Virus record (IMG/VR): IMGVR_UViG_2751185783_000001
Span: 47,168 to 111,167 of that record
Length of the DNA: 64,000 nucleotides
Direction: 5' to 3' (one strand)
From: a virus
Taxonomy: Duplodnaviria; Caudoviricetes
In this document: piece after piece, positions 62,388 to 64,000 of the stretch
How the letters are laid out: every line of letters begins with the position of its first letter
Numbering within the stretch: the stretch's first letter is position 1
The notes under the pieces: model-generated
Databases searched by the model: none
Told to the model about the DNA's origin: nothing
Seen by the model: the letters and a program-made list of their open reading frames with translations, nothing else
Made by a program: the position numbers and the translations under genes

Positions 62388-62755
62388 GCGGTCGGCCGGA
62401 CGGGCTCGGAAGCGTACGCGTCGGTCGGGTCCATTTCGACCAGCAGCGTTTGCAGTAGCTCGCGGTCAAGGTTGAAAAACCATTCCTTGGTCAACCGCTT
62501 CGACTCAGCAGTCATCGATTGCTCGGCAGCCCGAATCGCCAGGTCTTCAGTGGCTGAGTACGAGTCATGGGTGCGGGTGAAGTAGAAGTCGATCAGCCGG
62601 ACACCGAAAGTCTTGAGCTGAAAATTAACGATGCTCTTGAACCTCTGGGCAAGGTGCCCGGTCTTGCCGACTTTGACCGTGCCATCGGAGAACGCCAGCA
62701 TGTACACGCAGCCGCCGAACGGAACCTTTTCCCAAATCAGGGCCTGGCTGGTCAT
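62384..62755 (-). CDS. GIY-YIG (T5orf172-like) protein
   Basis: CVYML...VKVGKT...QRF...E...EWF; visibly lower GC. Confidence 0.78.
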   Translation of the reverse strand: MTSQALIWEKVPFGGCVYMLAFSDGTVKVGKTGHLAQRFKSIVNFQLKTFGVRLIDFYFTRTHDSYSATEDLAIRAAEQSMTAESKRLTKEWFFNLDRELLQTLLVEMDPTDAYASEPVRPTA

Positions 62756-63108
62756 GCGGCTGGCCTCGACCGTGTTGCCCGGCCGGCTGCTTTGAGCGAC
62801 GCCTGACGTGCCGCTTCGAGGTCGTCGTCGGCGACAGCACGCAGCGTGCCGGCCTTCTCGACGGTGGCGGCTTTGAGCGCTTCGGCGAGCATGGTGGGCG
62901 TCATGCCGAGCGTGTTGCCGTACTTGGTGTGGGTGAATTTCCGAGACCGGCAGTCGCGGGCGAGGCTGACTGGCGACCAGCCGGTCAGCTCGGCAACCTT
63001 CTCCAGCGGGTAGGAGGCGACCTCAATGGCACCGGCGTGACGGAACCCGCTGACGACAGCCTGGAGTAGGGCGCTGACCTGTTCGTCGGTGTATTGCTCG
63101 GCGGTCAT
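62752..63108 (-). CDS. excisionase-like HTH protein
   Basis: YPLEKVAELTGWS...HTKYG; follows cro. Confidence 0.65.
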   Translation of the reverse strand: MTAEQYTDEQVSALLQAVVSGFRHAGAIEVASYPLEKVAELTGWSPVSLARDCRSRKFTHTKYGNTLGMTPTMLAEALKAATVEKAGTLRAVADDDLEAARQASLKAAGRATRSRPAA

Positions 63109-63350
63109 GCGGCGGCCTCGAGGCGCGGCGTGCGGGGCTGGTGCGGCACGTTGTGGGTGATGACGTCGAGTTCCACGCCGAGGGCGTGAGCGAGGGAGAG
63201 CCGCGTGCGGGGGGAGCCGCTTTTCTCGCCGCTTTCGATGCGCGACATGACGCTGAGGTGGATGCCCGCCCGCTGGGCGAGCTGGGTGAGGGTGAGCCCT
63301 TCCCGTTCGCGGAGGCGCCGGATGGCCGGACCGTTGGACTTCGTTGGCAT
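63105..63350 (-). CDS. Cro-like XRE regulator
   Basis: IRRLREREGLTLTQLAQRAGIHLSVMSRIESG; divergent from the repressor. Confidence 0.88.
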   Translation of the reverse strand: MPTKSNGPAIRRLREREGLTLTQLAQRAGIHLSVMSRIESGEKSGSPRTRLSLAHALGVELDVITHNVPHQPRTPRLEAAA

Positions 63351-63541
63351 GTCGGCAAATTTAGGCGAGAACAGGCAAGTACGCAAGCATAAACAGGCAA
63401 GTTCGTGCCGAGTTTGCTCGTACGTGCCGGTCTAGCTGCCGATATCGACTAGCGTCGACTCACTGCCGTATCACCGGGGAGGGTGAAGACGTGACACAAC
63501 CCTTGCTTCGTATTGCCGAAACTTGCCGGTTTAATGAGGGG
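63351..63541. promoter_or_regulatory. lysis/lysogeny switch region with operator repeats
   Basis: AACAGGCAAGT at 63370 and 63392; inverted half-site ACTTGCC at 63521. Confidence 0.7.
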
Positions 63542-64000
63542 GTGACACCACCCTGGGAACGCCTCGCCGCCGCCGTCACCGCCCGACGCATCGAACTCGG
63601 CCACCCCACCATGCAAGCCCTCGTCGACAACAGCGACCTCAAACTACGCACCCTCGGCGACATCGAAAACGCGCGCAAACCCAGCTACAGCCGCGGCACC
63701 CTCGCCACCCTCGAACGCGCCCTCGGCTGGGCCACCGGCAGCGTCGACGCCGTCCTCGAAGGCCACGAACCAACCTTGACCGCCGCAACGCCTGCCACGC
63801 TGCCCGCCCTGACCGGACAAGGGGCAGGCAACATCGACCACGAACTCCCTCAAGACGCCCTGATCAAAGTCATCGACAGCGACCTGCCCAGTGAGGTCAA
63901 AGCCGAGATCGTCAGAACGCTGCTCGCCGAACAACGACGCTACGCGCAACGGCGCGTCGACGAACTGTTGCGCGATGCCGTGGCCGTGCAGCCCGAGTAG
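63542..64000 (+). CDS. immunity repressor (XRE HTH)
   Basis: WERLAAAVTARRIELG...RTLGDIEN...LERALGWATGS. Confidence 0.85.
   Translation: MTPPWERLAAAVTARRIELGHPTMQALVDNSDLKLRTLGDIENARKPSYSRGTLATLERALGWATGSVDAVLEGHEPTLTAATPATLPALTGQGAGNIDHELPQDALIKVIDSDLPSEVKAEIVRTLLAEQRRYAQRRVDELLRDAVAVQPE

Larger units (their letters stand above)
1..64000. mobile_element. Temperate siphovirus (prophage or phage-plasmid) with an attached plasmid-like transfer/replication region; ends not visible
   Basis: Complete syntenic immunity-replication-packaging-head-tail-lysis gene set from 64 kb down to 7.9 kb, plus a holin-like gene at 4.3-4.7 kb; no host housekeeping genes in the window. Confidence 0.92.

Noticed and set aside
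62752-64000. Integrase or att site
   Set aside because: None visible; the window ends at the repressor stop codon, so an integrated versus plasmid state cannot be decided.
1-64000. tRNA, rRNA or IS elements
   Set aside because: No cloverleaf, rRNA-like or transposase signatures recognised by eye; tRNAscan and Infernal searches would be needed to exclude RNA genes.

Overview
High-GC actinobacterial temperate siphovirus (prophage or phage-plasmid; an Actinoplanes/Micromonospora-like host is an inference) that fills almost the whole window. Nearly all phage genes are on the minus strand. Reading from the right end: repressor/cro switch (63.1-64.0 kb); a long early operon with antirepressor, RecE/RecT-like pair, RusA-like resolvase, SSB, replisome organiser with internal iterons, helicase loader, DnaB and a SLOG protein; terminases; a portal with a fused MuF-like tail; a 1231-aa protein with three VIP2-like ADP-ribosyltransferase domains; head genes; a repeat-rich fibre module; tail genes; lysis genes. 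The left 7.8 kb is not phage-like. It carries a 5'-truncated TraB/FtsK-type DNA translocase, a membrane-anchored GIY-YIG nuclease, small membrane proteins and a second, independent HTH replication initiator followed by a five-iteron origin. That replicon block appears to split the lysis cassette. Best candidates for new biology: (1) a phage / conjugative-plasmid hybrid with two replicons and a TraB-type translocase; (2) a virion-linked triple-ART effector followed by an Arg-repeat candidate inhibitor peptide. No integrase, att site, tRNA, rRNA or CRISPR array was seen. All family assignments come from motif recognition by eye, not database searches.
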